Shown here: positions 1 through 9,397 of the stretch, piece after piece | Numbering within the stretch: the stretch's first letter is position 1 | How the letters are laid out: every line of letters begins with the position of its first letter | Notes under the pieces: generated by a model | The model's input: the letters and a program-made list of their open reading frames with translations, nothing else | Database searches by the model: none | Told to the model about the DNA's origin: nothing | Sequence record: MW460245.1 | Length of the DNA stretch: 64,000 nt | Direction: 5' to 3' (one strand) | Made by a program: the position numbers and the translations under genes

Positions 1-222
1 GCCCCGCGTCATGCACGTCCTTCTTGTTGCCGAGCGCAAACGGGACGCCCATGCCGAGCTTGGGGGGCTGGGTATTGGTCCAGAACACCAGCACGAGCGC
101 GACTACGGCGTGCACGCCGGGCAGGCGGCCCCACGGCATCAGGTTCAGCAGGAACGCGGCGGCGAGACTGAAGACGATGAAGTACGGATTGACCGGCTGC
201 AGGATGTATTGCGGGCGGTTCA

Positions 223-1770
223 TCACTGGGCTCCTGATTGCCCGGCCGCGGGCTTCGCGGTCGCGGCAGCGGGCTTGGCGGGCGCGACAGGCACTGCCGG
301 CGCGGGTTTCGCACCCGGCGTGGCCGCGGCGGCAGGCTTCACGTTCGCGCCGGCATCGTCGCCCTTGTCGGCCTTTTCGCTCTTTTCGCCTTTGTCACCT
401 TTAGCAGCGGCCTTGGCGCCCTTCTTGCCCTTCTTGGACGATTTCACGACCTCTTCGTCGTCATCATCGTCATCGTCATCATCGTCGTCCGAGTCTTCAT
501 CATCCTCGTCGTCCTCATCCTCATCGTCGTCATCGTAACGCGAGGACTTCTTGCCTTTCTTGCCCTTGGACTTCTTGGACTTCGAGTCTTCTTCATCCTC
601 GTCATCGTCCTCGTCGTCCTCATCATCCTCATCATCTTCGTCCTCGTCGTCATCATCTTCGTCCTCGTCGTCATCATCGTCATCATCCGACTTGGACTTC
701 TTGCCCTTCTTGCCGCCCTTGGCAGCCTTCTTGCCTTTGCCCTTCTTCGACTTCGAGTCCTCTTCATCGTCCTCGTCGTCATCATCCTCGTCTTCGTCGT
801 CATCGAGGTCGTCATCGAGGTCGTCCTCGTCTTCGTCCTTCGACTTCTTCTTGCCCTTCTTCGCCTTCTCGTCCGACTTCTTGCCCTTCTTCTTCGACTT
901 CTTCGAGGAGCCTTCGTCCTCATCCTCGTCTTCGTCGATGTCGTCGTCCAGCTCTTCCTTCTTGCCCTTCTTGTTCGATTTCTTCAGACCTTTAACGCCC
1001 ATTTTTTCCGTCCATGAGTTGAAGTTACGGCGGACCTCGTCTTCCGACTCGGGTTCATCCACCAGGTTGCCCACGTCCCACAGCAAGTTGTCTTTGTCCT
1101 CATCGGTCAAAGCACGGCGCTTGCCAGGGAGAATCTGATACGTGTCGCTTGCGCTCTTCGCATCCTTGTCAAAGAAAATCTTCAGGTCGATGCCGTATTT
1201 CTCGTGCATGACGCTGTATGCCTTCGTACCGCCTGACTTGCCGTCGATAGTATTTACGCCCTTGAGGTTCTTGAGCTTGCCGACCATCGAGGACGTCAGA
1301 CGAATCGGTCGGTTCGCGGTGAACGTATCCGAGTCCTTGTCCTTGAAGCCAGTCTCACGTTCCTTCTTCGTCGGCTTTACTTTACGCGGACGCTGCTCCT
1401 GAATCGCACGCACGATACCGTTGCAGAAGAATTGCACCGCCACTTGAATCAGGCGGTCCTTCTGTTCCGGAACGTTGTCGCGTTCCCAGTTTGCGTATTC
1501 GAGCCACGGATCGTAGATCGACGTGTCGAACGAATGCGTCTCTGCGTTCCACGAAGGCGAATCGACGTAGAACTTGGTTGGCGAACCATCCTTCTTCTTC
1601 GTCTTGACCCAGTAGCCTGCTACCGAGTACAGACCACCGTGCAAGCGCACCGTAGTCCATTTTTGATTCGCCCACTTGAACGGTTCGATAGTGTCGGTGA
1701 TACGCCGACGCTTCTTACCGCCTCCCCCTGTGGGGATGTCATCCAAATCAGAACCTTTGCGGGCCATCAT
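223..1770 (-). CDS. Putative single-stranded DNA-binding protein with very long Asp/Glu- and Lys-rich C-terminal tail
   Basis: About 250-aa globular aromatic-rich N-terminus followed by alternating acidic and KKGKK blocks; RBS AAGGAG and GTAGTAAATA motif upstream; SSB call is inference from architecture. Confidence 0.5.
   Translation of the reverse strand: MMARKGSDLDDIPTGGGGKKRRRITDTIEPFKWANQKWTTVRLHGGLYSVAGYWVKTKKKDGSPTKFYVDSPSWNAETHSFDTSIYDPWLEYANWERDNVPEQKDRLIQVAVQFFCNGIVRAIQEQRPRKVKPTKKERETGFKDKDSDTFTANRPIRLTSSMVGKLKNLKGVNTIDGKSGGTKAYSVMHEKYGIDLKIFFDKDAKSASDTYQILPGKRRALTDEDKDNLLWDVGNLVDEPESEDEVRRNFNSWTEKMGVKGLKKSNKKGKKEELDDDIDEDEDEDEGSSKKSKKKGKKSDEKAKKGKKKSKDEDEDDLDDDLDDDEDEDDDDEDDEEDSKSKKGKGKKAAKGGKKGKKSKSDDDDDDDEDEDDDDEDEDDEDDEDDEDDDEDEEDSKSKKSKGKKGKKSSRYDDDDEDEDDEDDEDSDDDDDDDDDDDEEVVKSSKKGKKGAKAAAKGDKGEKSEKADKGDDAGANVKPAAAATPGAKPAPAVPVAPAKPAAATAKPAAGQSGAQ
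450..975. repeat. Low-complexity coding repeat ((TCR/TCC)n and CTTCTTGCCC blocks) encoding poly-D/E and K-rich modules
   Basis: Directly visible; produces spurious poly-Ser ORFs on the + strand. Confidence 0.9.
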
Positions 1771-2087
1771 TGCTCCTTTTGATTCGACTGTTCTGCGCTA
1801 CAGTCTTTATTTACTACATCGCTTTTTGTTGATAGATCATCGGCAGACCGCTGTTCCTGCAATGCCAGTACCACGTTGCGATGGGTGGATACCAGCAACG
1901 CACGAAGCTCCTCAGGGTCTTCGATACGAAGGGCCATACTCAATGAAACTTCCAGAGCCTGCATAACTGCTTGCAACTGGACTGCACGCTCTCTTGAGAG
2001 CTGGGTCATGTGCAATCGCAACACGTCCGCTACCTTTGCTGCGAGGGCTTGATCCTTGAGGCGTTCGTCCATCAGGATGCCCGACAT
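1767..2087 (-). CDS. Hypothetical helical protein (start uncertain: 2087, 2162 or 2237)
   Basis: Fills the gap between the sigma-like and SSB-like genes; stop overlaps the next start. Confidence 0.4.
   Translation of the reverse strand: MSGILMDERLKDQALAAKVADVLRLHMTQLSRERAVQLQAVMQALEVSLSMALRIEDPEELRALLVSTHRNVVLALQEQRSADDLSTKSDVVNKDCSAEQSNQKEQ
1808..1817 (-). promoter_or_regulatory. GTAGTAAATA phage promoter-like motif
   Basis: Exact motif ending 38 nt upstream of the SSB-like start. Confidence 0.6.
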
Positions 2088-2118
2088 CTGTTCTGCCTGT
2101 TGGGCGCGAAGACCGAAA

Positions 2119-3195
2119 CTAGACAGCAGCGAATTCTTGGCGGCGAGTTCTACCTTCAGCATGCTTTCGAGCACGCTCCCGCTGCTTGTTCTTTTTACGG
2201 ATTCGGTCAATTCGATCCTCGTACACTTGGTCAACAAAGAGCTCCAGTGTCTGGCGGTCTTCGTAGGTTATGAATTCTGGGATACCGAGCATCACGCGCA
2301 CAATACCGTTCGGGTCAGCGCGTTTTGCTGCCTTGCTTAATGCTTGACGAAGCTCATAGGACTTGTCAGCGTCCGTGAACCCCAAGACCTCCGTGATCGC
2401 ATCACCGTATTCCTCGGTAAGCGCCTCGAACGATTGGTCCTTGTTCATCTTGCGGATGATGTCATCTACTTCCGAGCGTGCGGACTTCAGCCAGTTCTGA
2501 ATGAAGGTCGTCAGCACGCCTTGCCGCGCGTCGCATCGGTTGATGGCCCTAATCATGACGGTCATGAAGACCTGAATAGTGTCATCAAGCGGATACGCGT
2601 GGTTGTAATCCTTGTAGCAAGCCTGAGCCTGCATGATGGTCATGCGTGTGTACTTCTCAACAATCTGGGAATGCCATTCACGCGCCTTCTCTGACCAGTG
2701 CTTCACCTGCTCAATCGCACCGTACAGATTCCCTGAAGGGCGCATACCTACTAGCTGCTCGATCGCCCGCATCTCAGCACGGCGTTGGAACATATCCATC
2801 TTGTGAAATGGACTGCTCAGCTTGGTGTAGCGCTGCGTCTGCGCCAGGAACAGATTGACAGCACCAAAGAGGATACCGCGATTGAAGTAATGCAGCTTCG
2901 CATTCTCAATCATCTTCTTTGGATTGTCCGACGTCAGAAGGTTAAAGAGGTGGATCGGCAGCTTACCTCGGTCGTCACTGCTGAACTTCGCAGAGGCTTT
3001 CCGAATCTGCCGACCCACCATCTTGGTCGCGTACACCTTGAAGAAGGTTGGGCACTCAATGATGATTGGCTCCAACGCATTCCACAGGAACATGTCGAGC
3101 GTCTGGAGGTACTGGAGGCTCGTATAATTGTCAGAAACTTTTTCCTTCGTGGCTTTAAGGTCTTCGAAGACCTTGGAATGCGTATAGGCTTTCAT
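2119..3195 (-). CDS. Phage RNA polymerase sigma factor-like protein (sigma70 region 2)
   Basis: IVEKYTRMTIMQA...LDDTIQVFMTVMIRAINRCDARQGVLTTFIQNWLKSA aligns by eye with RpoD region 2.1-2.4; no clear region 4. Confidence 0.65.
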   Translation of the reverse strand: MKAYTHSKVFEDLKATKEKVSDNYTSLQYLQTLDMFLWNALEPIIIECPTFFKVYATKMVGRQIRKASAKFSSDDRGKLPIHLFNLLTSDNPKKMIENAKLHYFNRGILFGAVNLFLAQTQRYTKLSSPFHKMDMFQRRAEMRAIEQLVGMRPSGNLYGAIEQVKHWSEKAREWHSQIVEKYTRMTIMQAQACYKDYNHAYPLDDTIQVFMTVMIRAINRCDARQGVLTTFIQNWLKSARSEVDDIIRKMNKDQSFEALTEEYGDAITEVLGFTDADKSYELRQALSKAAKRADPNGIVRVMLGIPEFITYEDRQTLELFVDQVYEDRIDRIRKKNKQRERARKHAEGRTRRQEFAAV

Positions 3196-3223
3196 GATGA
3201 ATGCTCGATGTTGCGTTACCTTC

Positions 3224-3233
3224 TATTTACGTC
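3224..3233 (-). promoter_or_regulatory. GACGTAAATA variant of the phage promoter motif
   Basis: 29 nt upstream of the sigma-like start. Confidence 0.45.
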
Positions 3234-3244
3234 CTACAGCGTAC

Positions 3245-3670
3245 TTACATGCCAGGAATCTTGTGCTTGATCGTCTCTACCAACTTCACCAAGTGCTTGC
3301 ACTGGGCAGGAATCATGCCAGGGTTCGTCACATCAGGATGCTGGCCGTTGCTATAGAAGATATCCGAAGCACCGCGGTTAGCAAGCGCCCATTCCCAGCG
3401 GTACAGGAAGTCATCGCACGAACACGAGACGTTGACGTTGAGCTTGTCGTCCAGGAACTTGATGACCGTCACATAGTGGCGGCGTTCATGGTTAGCGACC
3501 TTCTTACCATCCTGATCGAAATGGTGCGTGCTGTAAGACTGGCAAGCCACGAATGCCTTGCCGTCCTTCTTACCGTAGCCGGCCTTCATCTTCACCAGCT
3601 TGACGAACTGAGCGTTATCGATCCGATCCTTCGTAACGCGGCGCATGATCTGTTTCAGGTTCATCGACAC
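3245..3670 (-). CDS. SWIM-type zinc finger protein
   Basis: VSCSC...QCKH (CxC-xn-CxH) motif. Confidence 0.7.
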   Translation of the reverse strand: MSMNLKQIMRRVTKDRIDNAQFVKLVKMKAGYGKKDGKAFVACQSYSTHHFDQDGKKVANHERRHYVTVIKFLDDKLNVNVSCSCDDFLYRWEWALANRGASDIFYSNGQHPDVTNPGMIPAQCKHLVKLVETIKHKIPGM

Positions 3671-3720
3671 GATGTTTCTCCTGTAGTCTTTGTCCCAATT
3701 AAAATCGTGCGCCGTGAATC

Positions 3721-4074
3721 TCAGTAGATCAGGTCTTCCACATGCAAACTGAGAACGTGCGCAGCCGACAGCAGCGAATTGCGGAGACCGCGTGCGATCT
3801 CGTCGTTGCGCCAGAACTCACCGTTGGTGACATCGATGATTGCTGCACGCGTCGAACCGCGCACGAATTCCGGCGTCAGGTCCTCAGGCGAGGTTTGAAT
3901 CAGGCGAACCTGACCAACGCCTACCGTGTCATTCACACGAGCCTCGATGCGGTGTACCATACCGATGGTGGGCAAACCTTTGTCTGCGACGACAAGAATC
4001 TCTACTACGGTCGTCGGGAACTCCGCTGCTGCGCGGTATGCGTTGGATACGATGGTGTCTACGATAGTGCTCAT
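3721..4074 (-). CDS. Hypothetical protein
   Basis: RBS AAGGAG; operonic position. Confidence 0.6.
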   Translation of the reverse strand: MSTIVDTIVSNAYRAAAEFPTTVVEILVVADKGLPTIGMVHRIEARVNDTVGVGQVRLIQTSPEDLTPEFVRGSTRAAIIDVTNGEFWRNDEIARGLRNSLLSAAHVLSLHVEDLIY

Positions 4075-4092
4075 TACTGCGTACTCCTTGGG

Positions 4093-5043
4093 TTAACGGG
4101 AAAGCATGATGGTGGATTCGTTACGCTTGAGCAGCTTGATGCACTCCTCAATCTTTTCCCAGCCGTGAACTTCCAGCAGCTTACGGTATTGACCCCAACC
4201 GCCTTGGAAATTGCCGCTTGAGAGATGTTCAGGCGTTGCGCAGGCTTGGTGCTCCGAAGGGGACGCATGAATCGGTTCAGCGACGACGAGGTCATCGTGC
4301 AGCTTGATGTCCTTCTGTACCTCAGGGTTCGATTGGTCGTGGTTGTTGTACGACGTGCGCGCGCATCGAGCGGTCGACATGCGGATCAGGTCCGTAACCG
4401 GATACGACTTGCGTTCTTCCATCGTAACGAACGGCAGGTGCCAGCTGCGTGCGTCCTGCATCTTGTAGTGGTCGATCTTACGGAACGTCGCCTTCGCCTG
4501 CGCTACCTTCATCGTAAACGCAAGATCCTGAATCTCCGGCTGCGCGTCCTTGTGGTCACGAAGTTCGTACCAGTTATCCCATTCAGTGGATGTCAGGCAG
4601 ACGGTGATCCAGCCGTAGGGCTCCGTACCACGTCCTGCGATCTGCTTGTGGACACCTGCATTCGTGAATGCCTCTGCCCAGTCAGCAGCCGCATTAGCAG
4701 CAGCGCGCCACGCATCTTTCAGCGACAGCCATTCGCCAGTGACCGGGTGACGTACCAACGTACCTTCCGGAAGCTCTTCGCGTGCCTGCATACCCGGCTG
4801 ATTCTTGCCCCAGAAAACAGGACCTGCCGGATCATTGCGAATGTCGGCGATGAGCTTCGCCGTCGGGATAGCACGCGTGCTGCTTGCGTTGCGGCTGAAC
4901 ACGCGATGCGTCATGACTTCTGCGTGGATAGCACGCCAGTACCGCATGAGGAACGTCGTGATCGGCTTTTGCGTGCTGCCGTTGATCGACGCCTCGATGA
5001 CTGCAACCTTGCAGCCCTTACCATGTTCCCAATTGAATTCCAT
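4093..5043 (-). CDS. thyX: Flavin-dependent thymidylate synthase (phage ThyX/Thy1)
   Basis: AEVMTHRVFSRNASSTRAIP motif, STARCARTSY, HASPSEH. Confidence 0.85.
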   Translation of the reverse strand: MEFNWEHGKGCKVAVIEASINGSTQKPITTFLMRYWRAIHAEVMTHRVFSRNASSTRAIPTAKLIADIRNDPAGPVFWGKNQPGMQAREELPEGTLVRHPVTGEWLSLKDAWRAAANAAADWAEAFTNAGVHKQIAGRGTEPYGWITVCLTSTEWDNWYELRDHKDAQPEIQDLAFTMKVAQAKATFRKIDHYKMQDARSWHLPFVTMEERKSYPVTDLIRMSTARCARTSYNNHDQSNPEVQKDIKLHDDLVVAEPIHASPSEHQACATPEHLSSGNFQGGWGQYRKLLEVHGWEKIEECIKLLKRNESTIMLSR

Positions 5044-5050
5044 TTGTTCC

Positions 5051-5425
5051 TCAAATCTTCGGCCAAGTGACCTTGTGGTTGCCTGTCATGACTGCCTGCT
5101 TACCGTCCTTGCTGACAGCAGGCGGTCGCAAAGGGGTCAGGCGATCCTGAACCTGCGAATTCACGCGGTTGAGATGCTCTGACATATGCGCCATCTCGTT
5201 GTTCACGATCTCCATGGCATGCTTCAGTTCGTCAATGACCGGAAGAGCATGTACCAGCGGATAGACGGAGCCGTTCAATAAAGCCATCGAGGTCACTACT
5301 GCATTCTCTGCAAGCTGATCTACGCTGCGCGCCTGTGTAAGTAAGGTGATGAGAGTAGCGCACGCCTTCGTCATGCGGTCGGCACGCGCCGCCAGCTGCT
5401 CATCTTCGTAGGTGTGATAGGTCAT
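5051..5425 (-). CDS. Hypothetical protein
   Basis: ATGA overlap with the upstream stop. Confidence 0.55.
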   Translation of the reverse strand: MTYHTYEDEQLAARADRMTKACATLITLLTQARSVDQLAENAVVTSMALLNGSVYPLVHALPVIDELKHAMEIVNNEMAHMSEHLNRVNSQVQDRLTPLRPPAVSKDGKQAVMTGNHKVTWPKI

Positions 5426-6045
5426 AGCACGATCTTCGTCCGTGATACACCAGTGGAGGTCAGGTGAACGACGTAGGTATCGGAGCAGCATTGAACCGTT
5501 ACATCTGCTTTCAGGAAATCCTCGTCGTTCGGCTTGTTGATCTCAGCGTTGCACTTTGCCTTGATCCGCACGTACTTCGACATTTCACCCGTGATCGGAA
5601 TGTTCAACTCTCGTTCGAGAGCTTCATGAGCCTCTCGCACCGTTAAGAATCCAAGGTCGCGCTGGCGTACAGATACATACAAAACCCACAGCATCTTTTG
5701 AACGTCCTCGATCATCTTAAGGGGATTGATCGAGGTGTCTTCCGCGGGAAGTTGATACTTGCGGAAGTCTTCCTCGCCAGTGTCCTTGTGCGCAAGGTTC
5801 CCTCGTTCATTCGTTACGAACTCACCCTTCGGCAAATAGATACGTTCGAACTGGCCGTGCCAACCGCCGCTACGATGGACCTTCGTACCGTCAGAATAGT
5901 TGGTGGGCATGCACGCGCTACACAAGTGCTTACCCTTCCGGTCTTCGATGCCAGTCCAGTCGAACCATTTCGTTGGCGTCCCAGGCTGCATAGCAAGTGC
6001 AGTGTTCTCCATGCACCCGCAGTTACCGCATTGGTATAAGCTCAT
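5422..6045 (-). CDS. Hypothetical Cys-rich (CxxC x2) phage protein
   Basis: CGNCGC...CSAC motifs; TGATG translational coupling. Confidence 0.65.
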   Translation of the reverse strand: MSLYQCGNCGCMENTALAMQPGTPTKWFDWTGIEDRKGKHLCSACMPTNYSDGTKVHRSGGWHGQFERIYLPKGEFVTNERGNLAHKDTGEEDFRKYQLPAEDTSINPLKMIEDVQKMLWVLYVSVRQRDLGFLTVREAHEALERELNIPITGEMSKYVRIKAKCNAEINKPNDEDFLKADVTVQCCSDTYVVHLTSTGVSRTKIVL

Positions 6046-6287
6046 CACTGATCCTTGAGTGCTTCACGCATTTGAGTCACATGCACGCACGATGCCTGCA
6101 CGAAGATGCTGCCGTTGTAGCCGTTGCTGAAACAGACCAACGACGGATAGGATCGCGGATAACCATGTACCTCAGGTTTGTCATCCTCGCCCCAGTAATG
6201 CTTGATGGCCTGTGCGAAACCAGCCTGCGTGCGCACCACGTAGAAGTTACCGTGAACGTGCTTCCAATTCGGAGGAAGGTCTTTCAT
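6045..6287 (-). CDS. Hypothetical protein
   Basis: Coupled start and stop overlaps. Confidence 0.55.
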   Translation of the reverse strand: MKDLPPNWKHVHGNFYVVRTQAGFAQAIKHYWGEDDKPEVHGYPRSYPSLVCFSNGYNGSIFVQASCVHVTQMREALKDQ

Positions 6288-6832
6288 ACGACACCTCGGA
6301 GGGTGCGAACGATACGGCGCAGGCGAACGTTGCTCTTGTCTGCGAAGTAGTTCCGTTGCGGATGCTGGTGACGCGGCTGGCTGAGCAGGCGGTCGATGCG
6401 CAATGCGCGCGTATGCTCTTCACGCGTGAACTCTGGTACGTCGAAGTCCTTCCCTCGGTAGAACACGCGCCGCAGGAAGCCACCGCGGTTCGCTGTCTCC
6501 AAGATAGACTGAGCCATGATCTTGCCAAGCTCTGAATGGGCGTTCGTCACTACAGCCGAGGACCACAGGATCTTATCCTGCTTGAGCTTCTCTTGGTAGT
6601 ACGGTTGCCAGAACTCGAAGTCCTCGATGGCGCGCTTATCCTGCCAGTCCAGATCCATGTGTGCGAACGGATCGCGCTCGAATTCCGAAATGAAGCGTTG
6701 CAGTTCGTCAGGATTGGCTTGAAGCCATGTCTTGGTCCGCTTACGCAGCGGCCAGTAATGATCGATGAAGCATTGAACAGCCTCAGCTTCAGGAGCGAGG
6801 CAGGTTCCAGTCGAGTGCGTCGTAGCGTCCAC
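6284..6832 (-). CDS. Hypothetical protein
   Basis: Operonic; GTG start with RBS. Confidence 0.55.
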   Translation of the reverse strand: MDATTHSTGTCLAPEAEAVQCFIDHYWPLRKRTKTWLQANPDELQRFISEFERDPFAHMDLDWQDKRAIEDFEFWQPYYQEKLKQDKILWSSAVVTNAHSELGKIMAQSILETANRGGFLRRVFYRGKDFDVPEFTREEHTRALRIDRLLSQPRHQHPQRNYFADKSNVRLRRIVRTLRGVV

Positions 6833-6986
6833 GGAATACTCCCCATGCGAGTTTGATTCGAGTTCTCAGGCCACCCGTCGATAACGGGCGGGCCGGAATC
6901 CATTTGCCTTCCACTACCATATGCACGTCACACTTATCCAGCGTGCATGCGAAGATGCGTTGGGGCGCTTGATTACGTTTAGCCAT
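6789..6986 (-). CDS. Small hypothetical protein
   Basis: RBS upstream; operonic. Confidence 0.45.
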   Translation of the reverse strand: MAKRNQAPQRIFACTLDKCDVHMVVEGKWIPARPLSTGGLRTRIKLAWGVFRGRYDALDWNLPRS

Positions 6987-7494
6987 GTGTGTCTTTCTCC
7001 CTCATGTCAGGTTGAATGCAGCAGATACCGAGCTCACGCCAGCGCTCCACAAGAGGCATGTAGTCCTCATACACCAGGAAGACTTCACGAAGGTCACGAC
7101 CAGCGATGTGCTGGAGCGCCCACGGTTTGAATTCCTCATCAGGCATATGGATGTCATGCGGATCGTCAGTCGCCCAACCCTTGATGTGATTCGGCCGCAT
7201 GATAAGCTGATCGTCCTTGATCTTGAGGCTCACATGCTGTCGAAGCTGGTGCAGCGTGGTCAGGCGTGTCTTCTCTGCGCGCGACGTTATGAACAGCACG
7301 TCGAAGACAGAGGGTTGGCTCAGAAAGAACTGGCAGATCGTGACACCCTGTTCAATGGGAGTATCTCGCTCCCAGGCGTTGTGGAACGACTCCCAGTCTC
7401 CGTTATCGAGGAATCGAGCGCGTGCCTTGTTCGAGAGGAGACAACCATCCACATCGAACAGGCAGAGCTTTTTAAGCTTGCGGCGCGGCAGCAT
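6979..7494 (-). CDS. HAD-family phosphatase (PseT/PNKP 3'-phosphatase-like)
   Basis: LFDVDG motif I, ITSR motif II, IMRP...K, YED motif IV; alternative TTG start at 7530. Confidence 0.8.
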   Translation of the reverse strand: MLPRRKLKKLCLFDVDGCLLSNKARARFLDNGDWESFHNAWERDTPIEQGVTICQFFLSQPSVFDVLFITSRAEKTRLTTLHQLRQHVSLKIKDDQLIMRPNHIKGWATDDPHDIHMPDEEFKPWALQHIAGRDLREVFLVYEDYMPLVERWRELGICCIQPDMREKDTHG

Positions 7495-7768
7495 CGAGGG
7501 CCTTCCATGCGCGAACGAGACGGCGTTCAAGGACTTCGCGGTACTTGTCCATGTAGGACAGTTGATCGCGCAGGTCGAATTGCTCTTCGCCTACCAGCGT
7601 AGTGAACAACCCATTCTTGGTGATGAAGGCAGCAAGAGCAACGCCCTTCAGCTTGAGCTCTGCGTGCTCCTGGTAGACGCGCTGCATGTGCGCAGGCAGG
7701 AGGCGCACGTCGATATCACGAATGCTCACAGGTGCAGCGGAAGCGTTGGAAGTGTAGGTCGATGCCAT
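7472..7768 (-). CDS. Small conserved phage protein (crAss001_48-like helical hairpin)
   Basis: EHAEL..K...LAAFI...F..L..EEQ..L..QL..M..Y..VL..RL pattern. Confidence 0.6.
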   Translation of the reverse strand: MASTYTSNASAAPVSIRDIDVRLLPAHMQRVYQEHAELKLKGVALAAFITKNGLFTTLVGEEQFDLRDQLSYMDKYREVLERRLVRAWKALDAAAPQA

Positions 7769-7782
7769 TTCAGACTCCTTGT

Positions 7783-8454
7783 TTAACGACGAAGGCCCTT
7801 AGCGAGGGCAAAGAATTCCTGGCGAACCTCCGGCTTGCGGAAGTCACCGCCGAGTTGCGAGGTGATCGTGTCGCTGCATGCGTCCATCACGCCTCGCGTT
7901 TTGACGCACATATGCTCTGCTTCAAGGACGACCGCGACGTGAGGCGTGTCCAGGATGAACTTGAGCGTCTCGAAGATTTGGGCAGTCAGGCGTTCCTGCA
8001 CTTGCGGTCGACGGCAGAAGAAGTCCACGATGCGATTGATCTTGGACAGGCCCACCACGTCCTTGTTTGGGATGTAAGCAACAAATGCCTCGCCAATTAT
8101 TGGCAAAAAATGGTGCTCGCAGGTCGAGTGAACCGTTGCATGACCACGGATCATCTCGTCATATTTGAACTTGTTCTCGACGACGGTAGCCTTCGGGAAG
8201 TTGTTGTAGTCCAGGCCATAGAAGATTTCCTGGGTGAACATCTTGGCGATACGCTTCGGCGTCTCGTACAGCGAATCGTCCTTCAGGTCGAGATTCAGTT
8301 CGGCCATGATCGCAGCCATATGCGATTCGATCTCTGCGCGGCGCGGCTTATGGAGCTCCGGGTGATGGACCATCGGCGTTTCCAGACCCATTTCGTACAG
8401 GTGCTGGTGAACCTTATGGCCGATGCTTGCGTCTTTCTGATATTCCGTTTTCAT
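7783..8454 (-). CDS. folE: GTP cyclohydrolase I
   Basis: ETPKRIAK, STCEHHFLP, GLSK, RPQVQERLT, HMCVKTRG. Confidence 0.97.
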   Translation of the reverse strand: MKTEYQKDASIGHKVHQHLYEMGLETPMVHHPELHKPRRAEIESHMAAIMAELNLDLKDDSLYETPKRIAKMFTQEIFYGLDYNNFPKATVVENKFKYDEMIRGHATVHSTCEHHFLPIIGEAFVAYIPNKDVVGLSKINRIVDFFCRRPQVQERLTAQIFETLKFILDTPHVAVVLEAEHMCVKTRGVMDACSDTITSQLGGDFRKPEVRQEFFALAKGLRR

Positions 8455-9050
8455 TACAGGAGTCCTTTCTTAACTTGATCGATGATGTGTTGCTTGTATG
8501 CTTCGAGCTCCGGCTCACTCATTACAACGAGGTTGAGCTCATACGTCACGAGATCCATGTTCGGTATCTCTGTACGCGTTACTTCACCTGCATATTTTGC
8601 CGCAAGCTCTCGTCCCATTTCGGACGCAAGGACGTGCGGTACGAATTTCTGCAGGTCTGTCTTAAATTCCTTCTCGATGTGTAGTGCTGCGAGGCACCGC
8701 GCTGCCACACCGCGAGGGTTGTGTTTGGGATGCTCCGGGATTGCTTGCTTGCAGTCTTCGCACAAACGAACGCCCTCGTAATAAGGGATCGTGTTGGGAT
8801 GCGTACACTTGACGTTGACATGATCCTGCAGGTGCGCCTTGCCTCTGTCAGTTATGTGCCACGAGGAGCCAGTGCGATAGGGCGATGGCTTTCGTGTCAT
8901 GTAGACAAGCTTGTACGCAGACAGTTGCGCCAGAATCGTTCCAACAGCACCGACGTCAAGCCCTATCTGACCAGACACCTCAGAGGCTGTAGCGCCTCCA
9001 ACCTTAGCACCGACTGCGGCCAGTGCTTCCCTGTGATAAGTGGTTAACAT
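8454..9050 (-). CDS. Winged-helix DNA-binding protein (MarR-like N-terminus)
   Basis: TASEVSGQIGLDVGAVGTILAQL...LV...W.ITDRG; RBS AGGAG before ATG at 9050. Confidence 0.55.
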   Translation of the reverse strand: MLTTYHREALAAVGAKVGGATASEVSGQIGLDVGAVGTILAQLSAYKLVYMTRKPSPYRTGSSWHITDRGKAHLQDHVNVKCTHPNTIPYYEGVRLCEDCKQAIPEHPKHNPRGVAARCLAALHIEKEFKTDLQKFVPHVLASEMGRELAAKYAGEVTRTEIPNMDLVTYELNLVVMSEPELEAYKQHIIDQVKKGLL

Positions 9051-9076
9051 CGGTGCTCCTAATTGCGTTGATGTTG

Positions 9077-9397
9077 TTACGCCAGCGTGGTCGGTGCTGC
9101 TACTGCGCGGTTGAGCCACATGAAGGCTGTTTGGAAGTGGCGCATCGCTTCGTCTACTGCTGCTTCAGAGGACGTGACGGTCGATTGCGGCGCTTCCTTG
9201 TTTTCGAGGCGTTGCTGCTCGCGTGCTGCGATATGCGCGCGAACCTTCGTCAGCTGGTAACGCACGCCTTCGCCGAGACCTTTGTTTTCATTCATCAGGT
9301 CGACGTCGGACTGCGTCAGCTTGCGATAACCGCTGATCGGAGGCGGCGTGTACACTGCCTCGATAGGATCGTCATTGCTTTTGATCTGTTCCTGCAT
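9077..9397 (-). CDS. acb2: Acb2-like (T4 Vs.4 family) cyclic-oligonucleotide sponge, anti-CBASS candidate
   Basis: ISGYRKLTQSDVDLMNENKGLG...HFQTAFMWLNRAVAAP matches the Acb2 pattern GYRxLSQEEIDxMNxxKxLG...QTGxMxxxRAxAQP; RBS CAGGAG. Confidence 0.8.
   Translation of the reverse strand: MQEQIKSNDDPIEAVYTPPPISGYRKLTQSDVDLMNENKGLGEGVRYQLTKVRAHIAAREQQRLENKEAPQSTVTSSEAAVDEAMRHFQTAFMWLNRAVAAPTTLA

Noticed and set aside
11-1138. Plus-strand poly-Ser and hydrophobic ORFs (11-538, 238-1017, 551-1138)
   Set aside because: Antisense shadows of the GAY/GAR and AAG repeats in the minus-strand SSB-like gene
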